A stretch of DNA of 58,638 nt, counting the filler, from Fonticula-like sp. SCN 57-25 (Eukaryota), in assembly GCA_001724245.1 (NCBI GenBank). It is 3 parts of 3 records of this genome, joined end to end, with 100 filler letters (N's around TTAATTAATTAA, not from the genome) between each part and the next. Parts side by side here need not be neighbours in the genome. Positions count along the whole stretch, not along the records: positions 38,761 to 58,638 come from MEDX01000107.1; 2 more parts are not named here. The stretch is one strand, 5' to 3'. The notes beneath the pieces are model-generated. The model was given only the letters and a program-made list of their open reading frames with translations. It had not been told where the DNA came from and made no database searches. Every line of letters begins with the position of its first letter. Within the stretch, counting starts at the first letter, position 1. Made by a program: the position numbers and the translations under genes. This document shows positions 38,761 to 50,043 of the stretch, piece by piece.

Positions 38761-39797
38761 AAGACGCCCATGTCCCTTGCCCGTGCGAGCTCGGCGACGA
38801 CCGCGCCATTCTCAGAGTGTGCCCGCCGCCCAATGGACGCCGCGGCGCGGCCGGCGAGCGCCATGCACGGCACGTCGCCCGACATGAGCACGCCTTCAAG
38901 CGCCTCGCGAGCGCGCTTGGCGCCGCCGAGGCGCGCTGACACGACGTCCCCGAGCGCGGCGACCGAGTTGAGGTGCGTCTGACGCGCAACGGCCACGTCG
39001 GCGTGAAGGCGCTCCCGCCGCTCGCCGAGCCGCGCTGCAAGGTCGTCAAAGTAGCGGTCAATTTGGCCGTTCATTTCGCGCGCAAGGTTCTCTACGAGAA
39101 CGGCGTGATCGCGAACGACGTGAAGCTTTTCGGCGTGCTGCAAAGCGACGTGGCTCGCCTCCTTGGCGGCGCCGCGGAGGGCGGCGGCGGAGACGGCGAG
39201 CGTGTCGGACAGCGAGCGGCGGTCGTGCGACGCGTGAAGAGAGCTCGAGATGCACTCGGAGCAAAGGGGGACATTGCACATGGCACACATTGCATCAATA
39301 GGCAGGTGGTGATGCGCGCACCTCGACGACTGAAACGGGGCGGCGTCACCAGCCGGGGGAGGGAGCGCGGCGACGGGCTCGCGCATGTGGTGGCGCGAAC
39401 CGCGCGCGCGGCCGTGTGCAGCGTCATGGATGGAGCATAGCAAAAGACGACAGTCGGCGCAGTGCGAGACGGCGCGGGCATCCTCGGCGACGCCATCGGC
39501 GCACACGTCGCAGCTCAGGTACCCGTCGCCATCGGGGCGGCGGCGATCCCACAGCGAAAGCTCTGCAAGGTGATCCGCAAGCGCGAGAGAAGCACTGTCA
39601 ACAGGCAGCGGCAATGCCACCGACCCGCGGCACACGGGGCAGCTGCCACACCGGAGCGAGCACTGCGTACACACCGTGTGGCCGCACCCAAGCTGACGAG
39701 GGATGCGGCCGTCCGAGCCGCTATCAAACGAAACGCCGCATAAGGCGCAGCTGCAAAAGGCCTCCACGAGGCTCGACACCCACGCAGCAGACACCAT
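38761..39797 (-). CDS. TRIM/RBCC E3 ligase (RING, B-box1, B-box2, coiled coil), 3' truncated
   Basis: C3HC4 RING CALC...PRQLGCGHTVCTQC...CPVC; B-box1 CDVC...HCADCRLLLCSIHDAAH; B-box2 CAHH...CAMCNVPLCSEC...HASH; BBC-like coiled coil (QIDRYFDDLAARLGERRERL). Confidence 0.9.
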
Positions 39798-40018
39798 CGC
39801 CAGACTGTCGTAAGGAGGCGGGCCGCGACGACGAAAACGCCGTGTTGACAGGGGACGCCGCCATTCCTGGCGGCAGCATTTACTGGAGGGGCATTGTGCA
39901 AACTGGCATGCAATGTGCAAACTCTGGTGCAAAGTATACCTCCCGCGTGTCAGCAGCAGCTGAGCAGCAGGGCGGATCCCACAGCGACGAGCCGCGCCGG
40001 TGCGATCACATTTGCAGT

Positions 40019-40607
40019 ATGGGCAAGGTAAAGGCTTCGTCGCACCGCGGACGCGCCAAACCGTATAATCCCGATCGCGATGGGCCGATCATCCCCCGCG
40101 TCCCGCAGCCGACGAAGCGGGAGCGGCAGCGGGTGCAGCGCGACCTCTGGGCCGAACGTGCGCCCTTGCTGTTGCCTTTCGTTTCTTTGTGNGTAGATGT
40201 TGAGCAGTCGGGCGAGGTGCAGGCGCGCACGCGCGAGGCGGTGTCTGCGACATCCAAGAAGGGCGAGGCCATCCGCCTCGGTGACTTTAGCGCGATGACC
40301 GACACGCTCGAGGACGCGCTCGAGATGATGTCGAGCGAAGGCGGCGTGGCGCGCGGACAAAAGGCGCCGCTGACGCAGGAGCAGGTTGCTCACAAGAGGA
40401 CAGCGTCGCGAAAGGGCCGCAAGAAGAACACGTGCGCAGCGACTCTTTTTTTTTTGGCCATATTTTGCTAACACTTGCCTCGCGTGACATAGCCAAAAGG
40501 AGCTCTTGCAGTTCAAGAACGTTTTGCGCAATGCCACGTTCCAGCAGAACCCGGTCAACGCCATCTCCCGCCACCTGGCCAACGCGGTTGCCGCCAACCA
40601 CATTTAG
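40019..40607 (+). CDS. SLX9: ribosome biogenesis factor Slx9/FAM207A
   Basis: MGKVK...TKRERQRVQRDLW...LGDFSAMTDTL...ELLQFKNVLRNATFQQNPVNAISRHL; two introns. Confidence 0.8.
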
Positions 40608-40934
40608 GACCGAGTGCCCTCGTTTTTGATGTACATATTCTTCTACCGCTGCTGATACAGTTTCCCGCAGCATTATCAATTTTTGGATATTTTTACCCAC
40701 TGCCTCCTTGCCCTGAATGTCTGTGTCCACTCATGCATCGCTGGTGTACATACCAATTGCGAACGATGCACGATACGGGTGCCACGAAACAGCTGATACA
40801 GATCACAAATCAAAAACATAACAATACAAATAGAAGGCTTTGTGTTGTGTAATTCCGCCGCATCCTTCCATTGCGCACACGCGCGCGAATATTACGACCT
40901 ATGCCCAAGTCGTACGACGCCTTTTGACCCGCTG

Positions 40935-40965
40935 TGACGCCGCATGACGTCACCCATCACGTGTC
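40935..40965. promoter_or_regulatory. CRE (TGACGTCA) plus E-box upstream of MBF1
   Basis: TGACGTCA at 40945-40952 and CACGTG at 40958-40963, about 200 nt before ATG 41160. Confidence 0.45.
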
Positions 40966-41159
40966 GGATTTAAACCGACGCGATTCCTTCTGGATTTCTC
41001 GCTTTTGTCCCGTCAACAGCCCGTTTCTCCGCTGGTCACTTGATTAGCAACCCTCTTCTCTTCCGTCCCCCCCACCTGTACGCCCTTGCGCCCTTTGCAG
41101 TTGCTCTTTGTCGGCTTCTGTTCAGTTTATAGTTGCTCATTGAATTTGCGCAGCTAATC

Positions 41160-41750
41160 ATGTCTGACTGGGATTCTGTTACCTACATTCGCAAGACCCC
41201 GCAGGGTGGCGCTGGCGCGTCGCGCAGCACTGCTGCCGTCAACGCCGCGCGCCGCTCGGGCGCCGAGGTTACGACCGAGAAGAAGTGTACGTTGAGCTTT
41301 GTCTTCTTTTGCGGCCCCGCTGACGTGGGCCTCTTTCCTTTGTCCAGATGGTGCTGCCAGCAACAAGCATGCCGGCTCGTCCCTCAATGCCGCCAAGCTC
41401 GACCGCGAAACCGAGGAGCTTTCCCGTTCGTCTCTCTTTCCGCATTGTCCTCTCGTTTGTTATTCTAACTGCGACCATTTTGCTGCTTAGACTCGACTGT
41501 CGGCATGGACACTGGCAAGATCATCCAGGCCGCTCGCCTTGAGAAGAAGCTGACGCAGAAGGAGCTTGCGCAAAAGATCAACGAGCTCGCCACGGTCGTC
41601 TCCGAGTACGAGACGGGCCGCGCCCTCCCCAACCAGAACATTCTCGCCAAGATGGAGCGCGTGCTCGGTGTCCGCCTCCGCGGCGCCAAGAAGGGCGAGA
41701 AGTTTGGGCCGCCGAACAAGGACAAGGATGCCGCCTCGGCCTCCAAGTAA
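41160..41750 (+). CDS. MBF1: multiprotein bridging factor 1 (EDF1)
   Basis: MSDWDSVTYIRK...AVNAARRSG...AAKLDRETEEL; HTH IIQAARLEKKLTQKELAQKINE...YETGRALPNQNILAKMERVLGVRLRG; two introns. Confidence 0.97.
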
Positions 41751-42020
41751 ATGTGATTGCAATGAGCGGGAACCGGTATGAATAGGAGAGAGAACGGACG
41801 AAGGCTGTAGCTGAATAGGAGGCGCGTTTGGAGAGACTGTGAAAAAATGTGTGGTTGGCGTTGCAATTCGGCCCGCTTGGCGGTCGAGTGCGATTGTCGA
41901 TTTTGATAAGCGATTCTTAATATATTGAATACTGTTACGTGTCATTGTAAGCCAGATGACATTCACTCCGTTAAACGGCCGAACGTCACCTAGATACACA
42001 CCTATAATTCATTATGTCGT

Positions 42021-42733
42021 CTACTTTGGCGGGGTGGGCATGAAGGCGCTAAACATGTCGCCTCCCTGCTTCTTGACGCCTAGCAACTTTTGGAGCAGCG
42101 GCCTGATAGCAATGGAGCACAGCGCATAGAAAAAGTACGCGGAGGCTTCCGTAAAGTCGGTGCCGGGGAGGTTCCTGTGGGAGATGGGGGTGATGAAGCC
42201 GAACGGCTCAAAGGGCAGCTTGGCGACAACGACGCCATCAAGCCTGGAAAAAAGAAAGGGAGGCGTAAGCAAAATATAAAGCAGTGTAAAAGCCACGTAG
42301 CGTACTGTGAGCTGAGAAGGCTGAAGCAGCCGATCATGACAAACATGACGACAAAGGTCGACTTGAACTGAAGGGAGGCCAGCTGCTGCTGGTACTGCTT
42401 AACCTGCTCCTCGGCGCGATCCGTCTTCTTGTCCTTCTTGCCAGAGGCAGCGGCGGCGGCGGCAGTCGTCACAACAGCATCCTTCTTCTTCTCAACTGCG
42501 GCGAGTGTCAGGACACGACACGCGCGCGCGGCACTGACGTACTCTTCTTATTGGCAGCATCGATGTTGCGCGTAAGATCCTTGTACTGATCCGTGCGGTA
42601 AACGAGCGCCCACGAAATGGCTGGTAAACAAGACAGTTTAGAGACCATATGAGTGAAAAAGGATAGTACCTTCAGAGAGAACACCCGCAAAGAGCGAGAT
42701 GCCCACCACCGTGGCGATGTCCGTCACCGCCAT
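42021..42733 (-). CDS. TMCO1: TMCO1 (Oxa1-superfamily ER membrane protein, GEL complex)
   Basis: ISLFAGVLSEAISWALVYRTDQYK...; DGVVVAKLPFEPFGFITPISHRNLPGTDFTEASAYFFYALCSIAIRPLLQKLLG; three introns. Confidence 0.95.
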
Positions 42734-42750
42734 GTCAGAATCGCTGATCG

Positions 42751-42770
42751 TGACGTCACGAATGACGTCA
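42751..42770. promoter_or_regulatory. tandem CRE palindromes
   Basis: TGACGTCA at 42751-42758 and 42763-42770, immediately upstream of the TMCO1 ATG. Confidence 0.5.
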
Positions 42771-43212
42771 GGATTAATAGAGGTGAGATCGTGTGCAGAC
42801 TGGCTGTGAGCAACGCTCAAGAAACAATGTAAGTATGAATGCAGGGCTCCTTTGTCGGCTAGTGGGTGTGGAACTGTAACAGAGGCGCGCAGCAGTCGAT
42901 TCCGGCGAGAGGACTTTTCTTCGACAAAACGAATTGATATCCCTGGTCTGGTTCGTATGAGGTCTTGTGGGTACTGCCCCTGCCCCCCATAGGCAAAAAA
43001 ATTTTTTTTCAACATTGACGTGTGAATTTAATGCACTGGCTGTTATTTTGCTTTACAAACCGGCCATTAAAACTTGAGCATTCGCAGTTACTCACAGGCG
43101 CCCATGCATTATATTTCACCTAATACGAATAGTCGACCAATCATCAACGAGTATTCCGCTCTGCATCCAATCAAACATCGCCAGCTTTCCTCGACCCGGC
43201 AGATCTGGCGCC

Positions 43213-44217
43213 ATGCTTCAGGAGGTTGCCTGGACGGGGCTGTGGATCCTGCTTGCAGGCGGCACGTCCTTTTTCAAGAATGAAGGGATTCTGTCCGCAG
43301 TCATCTCTGTCTTGAGCTTTGCCGCCACGGACGTCTTTTGGCGCGTACTGCGGGGCAGCCGATCTGTCACCGAGCGCGCGGTACGCTCGCTGCCGTCGCT
43401 GTTCCGGGCATTGTGATTGACGCGTGGTAGACCAAGCTTGTTCCCCCGCTCCTCTGGGCGGCGACGATGTACAACTTTGGCAATGAATCGCTCATCTCGT
43501 ACGGCGTCCGCGCTCTGCAGCTTTGCGGGATCGTGACGTCGCTCGCTGCCGGCGCCGGGTGGGCCATGGCCATTTCGCGAGTCGCCGTCGGCGTGGAGCA
43601 GATCTTTGAGAGCGTCGAAGACGGGCGGCGCGCAAAGGTCTTTGTTGGTATTGGCGCGGGCGTCCTTACTATTGCGGCGGCAATTCTGTTCTTTATTTCC
43701 TTTGGCGCGATGGACGACCCGATGTGCGCACATTTCCCGCGCTTTTTGCCTTTTCCTATGCTGCATGCTGATCTTGCGCCACAGCACCTTTACGATTGTG
43801 GCGGGCGCGGTTGTGCTTCAGTGCGCGCACGTCCTCATGTCGGACGCCGGCAGCATTCTGGACGCGGCGCTTTACGCGGCGATCGCCGCCGCCGAGCTTG
43901 CCTGCACGCCTCTTCCGGCCGTCGGAGGCGCCATCAAGGCAGTCGGTCTGCTGTGGCTGGGCGCGTTTGAGACCGGGTGGCCGGTATTTGATAATGGATT
44001 CCTGCCGGCGTCGCTGGCGGTTGCGCTGCTCACGACGGGCGCCTCGGCGTCAGGGTACGTGCCCGACATGGAAGGCAACGTGCAGCACGCGACGGCCGCG
44101 CTCGCGTGCACCGCCGTCTACTTTCTGTTCATCCGCGCGAGGGCGGCAGGGCCCTTTGATAGAGTCCCGAGGACAATACGCGACATGATCAGCGTTGGAA
44201 GAAGCGACGACGACTGA
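43213..44217 (+). CDS. uncharacterised multi-pass membrane protein
   Basis: Three exons joined by GT-AG introns (about 43381-43430 and 43723-43784); many hydrophobic segments; no family recognised. Confidence 0.65.
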
Positions 44218-44527
44218 CGCGCGACAACGGGCAGATTGGCATTCAAGTTTTGCATCCTGACGGCGCGATAATGTATAAAGTAGAATGGAAAGAGGCGAAT
44301 AAGAACAGAGTAATATATATTATGGATAGAGCAAAAGAAAGAAATTTGAATTGGTGCGTTGCATTCTAAACCTATTTTCGTTTTGGTTCCCAATACTCTA
44401 CGAAAGAAAAACAAAAGTGAAAGGCCAAGGCCGCTCGAGCCTTCCTCGATTGGTCACATTATACTGAAAAGCGATTGCTGCTTGCGTTTAGCTGGGTTCA
44501 TACGGGTACAAAGAATGTGTTGGCAAA

Positions 44528-45850
44528 TCACTCGCTCTGTGTCGTAGCGATGCGCCTCTTAAAGGAGAGCACGACGTCGCCCTGGAGCGACTTCATAATG
44601 TCGACGGCCGCCTGGGACCCGAGGCCGCCCATGTTTGTTCCGTTGACGCTGCTGATAATGTCGCCCTCGCGGACGTTCTTCTCAGCGGCGAGGCCCGTCT
44701 TGTGGACGCCAGTGACGACGATTCCGCCGGCGCGGCTGACCGAGATGTCCAGACCGATGACGGTGCCGGGCAGCTTGGTGAGGGAGACGTCAAAGGTCTC
44801 AAACTCCTGGGGCGTGGCGGGCTCGTTGGCGGCGGCCGGGGCGGGCGTCTCCGTCGGCGGGTCGTCGAGCGTCGTGGCGCGGTGCAAAACCTTCATCCAC
44901 ATCTGCATGTCCTCGAGGTTGCTCGCAACAAAGTAGTACGGGCGCTGCGTCGTGTGGTACGCCATGAACGAGAACTGGCGACCAGTCACCTTCTCGGCAT
45001 TCATGATGCGGTACGACGGGAGGTAGATGACGCCCTTGCAGCGCGCGCTCTGCGGCGCCGAAAAGTAGTACAGGTAGCGGTCCTGCAGCACAAAGTAGCG
45101 TTTCCTGTACGTCTTCACAAGGCCGCCCTGCTTGTCAAGGTAGCCGCGGTGCGTCACATTCGACAGCGAGTCGGCGCAGAGATCCGGGGGCTCAAGCTTG
45201 CCGTTCGAGGCGCGGGGGTACAGCTGAATGGCGACGCTCGCCGAGGCAGTGCTCATCGTGCGCGTAGCCTTGGGCTTGACGGGCGTCGCGGAATCCGTCT
45301 TGAGGGCCTCCGTCTCGGTCTTGGTCTCGGTCTTGGCGGCCTCAGTGGCCTCGGGCTTGGCCTCAGCCTGGGGCTCAGGCTTGGCCTCAGTGGCCTCAGG
45401 CTTAGCTTCCGTCTTGGCCTCGGGCTTGGCCTCGGCCGTTTCTACCGCCGCGGCCGAGATCACGTTGGACATGGACGACTTCTTGGCGAGCTTCTCCTTG
45501 CGCGTAAACTCCTCGCCGTTGCCGTCGGTGGCCGACGTCGGCGTGCCGGTCTCGAGACCCTTCTTCTCCTTGGCGGCCGAGATCGCGCCGGAAAGGTTCG
45601 CCTCAAAGCGCGTCGCAGTGTCGCGGTCGTCGTCGGCCGCGGCACGGTTCGTCGCCTTGATCGCCTCGGCAATGCGCTTGCGGGGGCTCTTGCGAATGTC
45701 GAGCTCTGAAAGGGTATCCCACTTCATCTTGAGGAGCGCAGCAAGATCAATGTTCGCGGCGGCAAACACGCTCGCGGCAGAGGCGAGGTCCTGGCGCTCA
45801 AGGATCGCCGTCAGGACGGGATCGCCGCCGGTGGAGGACGTAGAAGGCAT
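44528..45850 (-). CDS. SAM-PH-PDZ scaffold protein (CNK/IPCEF-like PH)
   Basis: Intronless. SAM (LTAILERQDLASAASVFAAANIDLAALLKM...RKRIAEAIK); PH (GYLDKQGGLVKTYRKRYFVL...GVIYLPSY...YYFVASNLEDMQMWMKVL); PDZ (GLDIS...GGIVVTGVHKTGLAAEKNVREGDIISSVNG). Confidence 0.88.
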   Translation of the reverse strand: MPSTSSTGGDPVLTAILERQDLASAASVFAAANIDLAALLKMKWDTLSELDIRKSPRKRIAEAIKATNRAAADDDRDTATRFEANLSGAISAAKEKKGLETGTPTSATDGNGEEFTRKEKLAKKSSMSNVISAAAVETAEAKPEAKTEAKPEATEAKPEPQAEAKPEATEAAKTETKTETEALKTDSATPVKPKATRTMSTASASVAIQLYPRASNGKLEPPDLCADSLSNVTHRGYLDKQGGLVKTYRKRYFVLQDRYLYYFSAPQSARCKGVIYLPSYRIMNAEKVTGRQFSFMAYHTTQRPYYFVASNLEDMQMWMKVLHRATTLDDPPTETPAPAAANEPATPQEFETFDVSLTKLPGTVIGLDISVSRAGGIVVTGVHKTGLAAEKNVREGDIISSVNGTNMGGLGSQAAVDIMKSLQGDVVLSFKRRIATTQSE

Positions 45851-46659
45851 CGTGGTCGCCAGATTCGCTACCAAAGAAAAATGCGCAAATGGAAAAGGAC
45901 GGCTAAAGCAACCCTTCTTCACCTACAAAGTAAAACAAACGGACGCCTAAAGACGACCGCAAAAAAAGCCCAGAGGAAAGGGCTGCGCAAAAGGCTAGAC
46001 TCGCTCGCTAGAGAAAGAAGGAAGAAAAAAAGCGACCGACCGTCAGCTTCAGCCAAGGAGGATGACGGGCAAAACTCCTGAAAAAAGGAGGCGGCAAACG
46101 GAAAACACGAAAACAAAATTTGATACCAAATAAAAGATGCGCTCCACGATAACAAGCACCACTCGACAATACGACACGCTGCCTTTTCCCCGCGCAGCAA
46201 TCGTTTTGTATACTATTATCCAATCTTCCTGCGTGCGCGTACCAAAGCCGACGGGCCTGAGTCACACTGGCTACGATTTCCTTTTTTGGATAAAATATCT
46301 TTTTATGGAACCATCAAGCATGGCCCGATAAGTCTGAAGCAAAGATAAGGCTCTTGTTGCGCGATACAGCCGCCCACAGCACCGTGCTTGCCGGCGCGTC
46401 TGCCCGGTTAATTATTCGTTTAGGCGCAGTGCACTTAAGGTCGCAAGAACAGCTCTTCAGCCGCAGCCGTAGTGCACTCTTGTTGTAGTGCCCTTTCCTC
46501 TGACGTGTTTGGGCGGATTGATCAAAGTGCAAACTAGTTTGCAGTGTGCGTGTGTTGTAACTCTCGCCGCCAGCGTTTCGCTGATCGGATCCCCCTAAAA
46601 CACACGCGAGCGCGCGCTTCACCGTACCTCCGTGGACAGGGAGTTGTAAAGCCGCCTCT

Positions 46660-49197
46660 ATGAACTTTGTTGACGAAGTTCTCGACGCGAGCGAGTCGCT
46701 CACGCAAGAGTGGCAACGCTCGTTCTCTTCGGTACGTCTTTCTCCCTCCTTTTGTCAAGGTGCCCTTTGCTCATTTTGCGCGATCCCCCGCTGCGCAGCT
46801 GCTCGAGTATGAGGCGCTTGAGCACCGTCCTCTGCTGTCGCTCCGCTCGGATATTGTTAAATTCCTGCGTCTCGTCGAGTCTGGCGGAGTGCGCAAGGGC
46901 GATGCCGAGGCCGAGCGTCTCTGCGCTTCGATTCGGGATGGCCTTGCAGCCCAGCATCCACTTCAAGATCAGCGCCTTTTTAATGTTCGCCGCACGTACG
47001 CCGCGCTTGATCGCCAAATGAACCGCATCGAGTCGTCGATGCGCCTCGTGAACGAATCCTTCATCGTGGACGACGAGATCGATGCCGCCGAGCAGCAGCT
47101 CCTCGAGGATGCCGCGCTCGCCGCGCTCGTCTCCGCGGGCGGCTCCACCAAGGGGTCCTCCTTTGGCATTGGCAACGGCAGCCCCGGCAAACGCAGCAGC
47201 GGGCAGCAGTCGACAAAGACCGTCGTCAGCGGCGGATCGCTCGGCCGTGTCGGCCAGGGCGCTGTAAGCTCGTCCTCGCAGAGCGCCCTTCAGAGGAAGA
47301 AGGTGTCTGGGCAGGTTGCGGGCGGCGCCCAGAGCTCGGCGAGTGCGGCGGCGGCGGCAGCTGCAGCGGCGGCGCAAAAGAAGCGCCCAAAGGGAATGTC
47401 GCGGCTCGAGGCGCTCATCGTGCGTCCCTTTTGTCTTTTACTCACGCACCTGTACGCTCTTCTGATGCTTTATTTGTCTAGAGCCAGGAGCTTCCTATCT
47501 ACCGCGGCAAGGGCCCGTGCCCCCCGCTGTGCGGCCCGACGCCCGCTGCGGCCAACTACACGATGAAGAAGGGCGACAATGTTGCAGCGCGGACGTCCAA
47601 GCAGCGCGACCAGAACGAGTGGATTCTCGCCGCGATTGTGCGCCACATCCCGCAGCGGAACCGCTACGAGGTGGAGGACGTGGAGGAGGACGAGTCGGGC
47701 GCCGGACCCGCCGACGGCCAGCGGAAAAAGTACATCCTCCCGCAAGATGCGCTCATCCCGCTGCCAAAGTCTCTCCCGGACCCGTCCAAGAAGGTGCGAC
47801 GCGCCATTCTTTATGCTTTGCTTTAATTCTCACCGCAATTGTGCTTGTTTTCCCATTTTCAGCTCGAGTTTGCTGCCGACAAGCGCGTTCTTGCTCTGTA
47901 CCCCGGCACGACGTGCTTCTACGAGGCGACTGTGATTGCGCCGCCGTCGCGCCGCCGCAAGGAGAACGACTATCTCGTGCAGTTCCAGGACGACGAGGAG
48001 AGCGACATGCCGCACAAGCCCGTGCCGCAGGTGTTTGTCCTCAACGTGCCCGATGAGACGTTTGTTCCGCCGGGCGGCGACGCGAACGCTTCCGCGGCTT
48101 CTTCCTCGTCGGCCAGCGCTGCGGCTGCTGCTGCTGCGGCGGCGGCGGCGGCGTCAGATGTGAACGCGACGGCGCCGTTCCCGTCGGTGAAGCCGACCAC
48201 CCCCGCGGCGCGCGGCGACGACGAGGGCGAGGAGGAGGAGGAGCCCGAAGAGGAGGAGGCGGAGATTGAGCCCGAGGAGGCGGAAGAGGAGCCCGAAGAG
48301 GCGACCGCCGCGGAGAACGAGGAAGAGGAAGAGCAGGAGGAAGAGGAAGAAGAGGAAGAGCGCCCCGCAAAGAAGGCGGCGGCCGGCATGATGATGTCGC
48401 CGTCGCGGCGCATGTCGATGGACGGCCGCCGCTCGCTACAGGCCGACGACGCGGAGGAGAGGCGCAAGGCGCGGCAGCGCGACGATGAGGACGAGGAGGA
48501 AGAGGAGGAAGACGAAGAGGAAGACGATGACGAGGATGAGGAGGACGGCGACGGCGAGTATGAAGGTGCCGGGTCGAAGCGGCGCTCGAGGGGCGGGCGC
48601 GGCGGCGCGGCGCGCGGAAAGCGCGCCCGCCTTTCGTCGTCGCGCGGCGGCAATGCATCGGCCGCGGCGCCGTCGGCGGACTCGTCGGACTGGCCGGCGG
48701 GCGGCTCGCCCGTGCCGTTCCCCGCTATCGCTCGGCGCGACGGCGGCGACGACGACGAAGATGAAGACGATATGGCCGCCACAGACGATGAGGACAAGCG
48801 CGACGCTGAAAAGGCCGACGACGATGGCGACGAGGCCGGCGAGGATGATGAGGCGGGCAGCGTCGAGGTGGAGGACGAGGAGGATGACGAGGAGGAGGAG
48901 GGCGAAGAGGCGCGCGAGGAGGCCGCCGCGCAGCAGGAGAAGGACGACGAGGCGGCGGCGATGATGGCGTCGTTTGCGGCGGGCGTGTCGGGCCACCAGC
49001 AGCAGCAGCAGCGGGATGCTGAGGAAAATGAAAATGAGGAGGACGACGAGGAGGAGGGTATGGGGGGAGACGAGGAGGATGAGGATATCGACGACAGCGT
49101 ACGGGATAAGAGCAATGCCGGCGCGACCGACGATGAAGACGGCGAAGAGGACCGGCGCGCAAAGAACGACGCGGACGCAATGGACGTCGATTCATAG
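46660..49197 (+). CDS. SGF29: SGF29 tandem-Tudor protein with ING-like N-terminal domain and very long acidic tail
   Basis: LPIYRG..CPPLCG, KGDNVAA, EWILA, YEVEDVEE and VLALYPGTTCFYEATV...DYLVQFQDD are SGF29 signatures. Exon 1 (46660-46731) and exon 2 encode an ING-like helical N-terminus. Three introns. Confidence 0.9.
48210..49197 (+). repeat. GAG/GAC/GAA-rich coding low-complexity region (D/E tail)
   Basis: About 330 codons dominated by Asp/Glu. Confidence 0.9.
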
Positions 49198-49347
49198 TTG
49201 ATATCAGCTTTTCGTTTCTTTCCCTTTCTTTGCTTCAATTGTATCATTTATCCTTTGGCCAATATTACTTTATTTTGCAGAAACAGAAGATTATAGTACA
49301 GCAATAATGATAATAGTACATCTAGGCGCAGCGCTTGTCGCGTGCAT

Positions 49348-49944
49348 TCATTTGTCTTGACTCTTGCCATTGATCCTGCCAGCGGCATCCTGCTGATCTT
49401 TGGCCATCTTGTCCTCGTCATCGTCATCGTCATCGTCGTCGTCGTCGTCGTCGTCTGAACCACTCTCGCTGTCCACGTCGCCGCCGCCCTCTGCCAACAG
49501 TTGCTTCTTTCGTTGACGCTGTTTTACCTTGCTCTTCCGCTTCTGAACCTTTGTGTCTCGCTTTGCCGCCTTGCTCAGCGAGCCATTGACAAGCTCATCG
49601 AGCCGTTCCACGAGGATCTTGCGCGCAATGCTCCTATTGCGAGCTAGAAAACGAGTTTTCTGGCACTGAAAGAAAGAAAAAATATCAAAACAGTCGTCAT
49701 ATCGTTAGTCGCGCTACTCGAGCCTCTTTATTTGGCGCACCTTGACGACGATGCCCGTGGGTGTGTGCTTGAGAACGACGCAGTTTGACGTCTTGTTGAT
49801 CTTTTGGCCGCCATTGCCAAAGCCCTTTACGAACGATTCTATTAAGTCCGCGTCGTTGAGCACAATCTTGGTTGGCCGTGGCGCTGCCTTTGCTCCCACG
49901 GCGAGCGCGCGCACCGCCGGCCAGACCCCCCTTAGCCGCAACAT
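49348..49944 (-). CDS. MTRFR: mitochondrial peptide release/rescue factor C12orf65/MTRFR (RF-1 domain)
   Basis: Basic presequence, then DLIESFVKGFGNGGQKINKTSNCVVLKHTPTGIVVK/CQKTRFLARNRSIARKIL (GGQ motif); one intron; poly-Asp tail. Confidence 0.92.
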
Positions 49945-50043
49945 CGTGCAGGGCCGCACCGCCCACCGGCCACTTTGGCGTGTCAGCAAACGATTTGCGC
50001 AGTCAGCACAAAGATTCACGTGTACCCAGCGTGTACCGCCAGC

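Noticed and set aside
40192-40192. Single N in SLX9
   Set aside because: Assembly ambiguity inside the first intron; no coding consequence evident.
25979-49197. SAGA gene cluster (SPT7 and SGF29 in one window)
   Set aside because: The two genes lie on different segments separated by an artificial spacer, so linkage is unsupported.
47970-49247. 425-aa Ser-rich ORF on the minus strand
   Set aside because: Antisense shadow of the GAG/GAC-rich acidic tail of SGF29.
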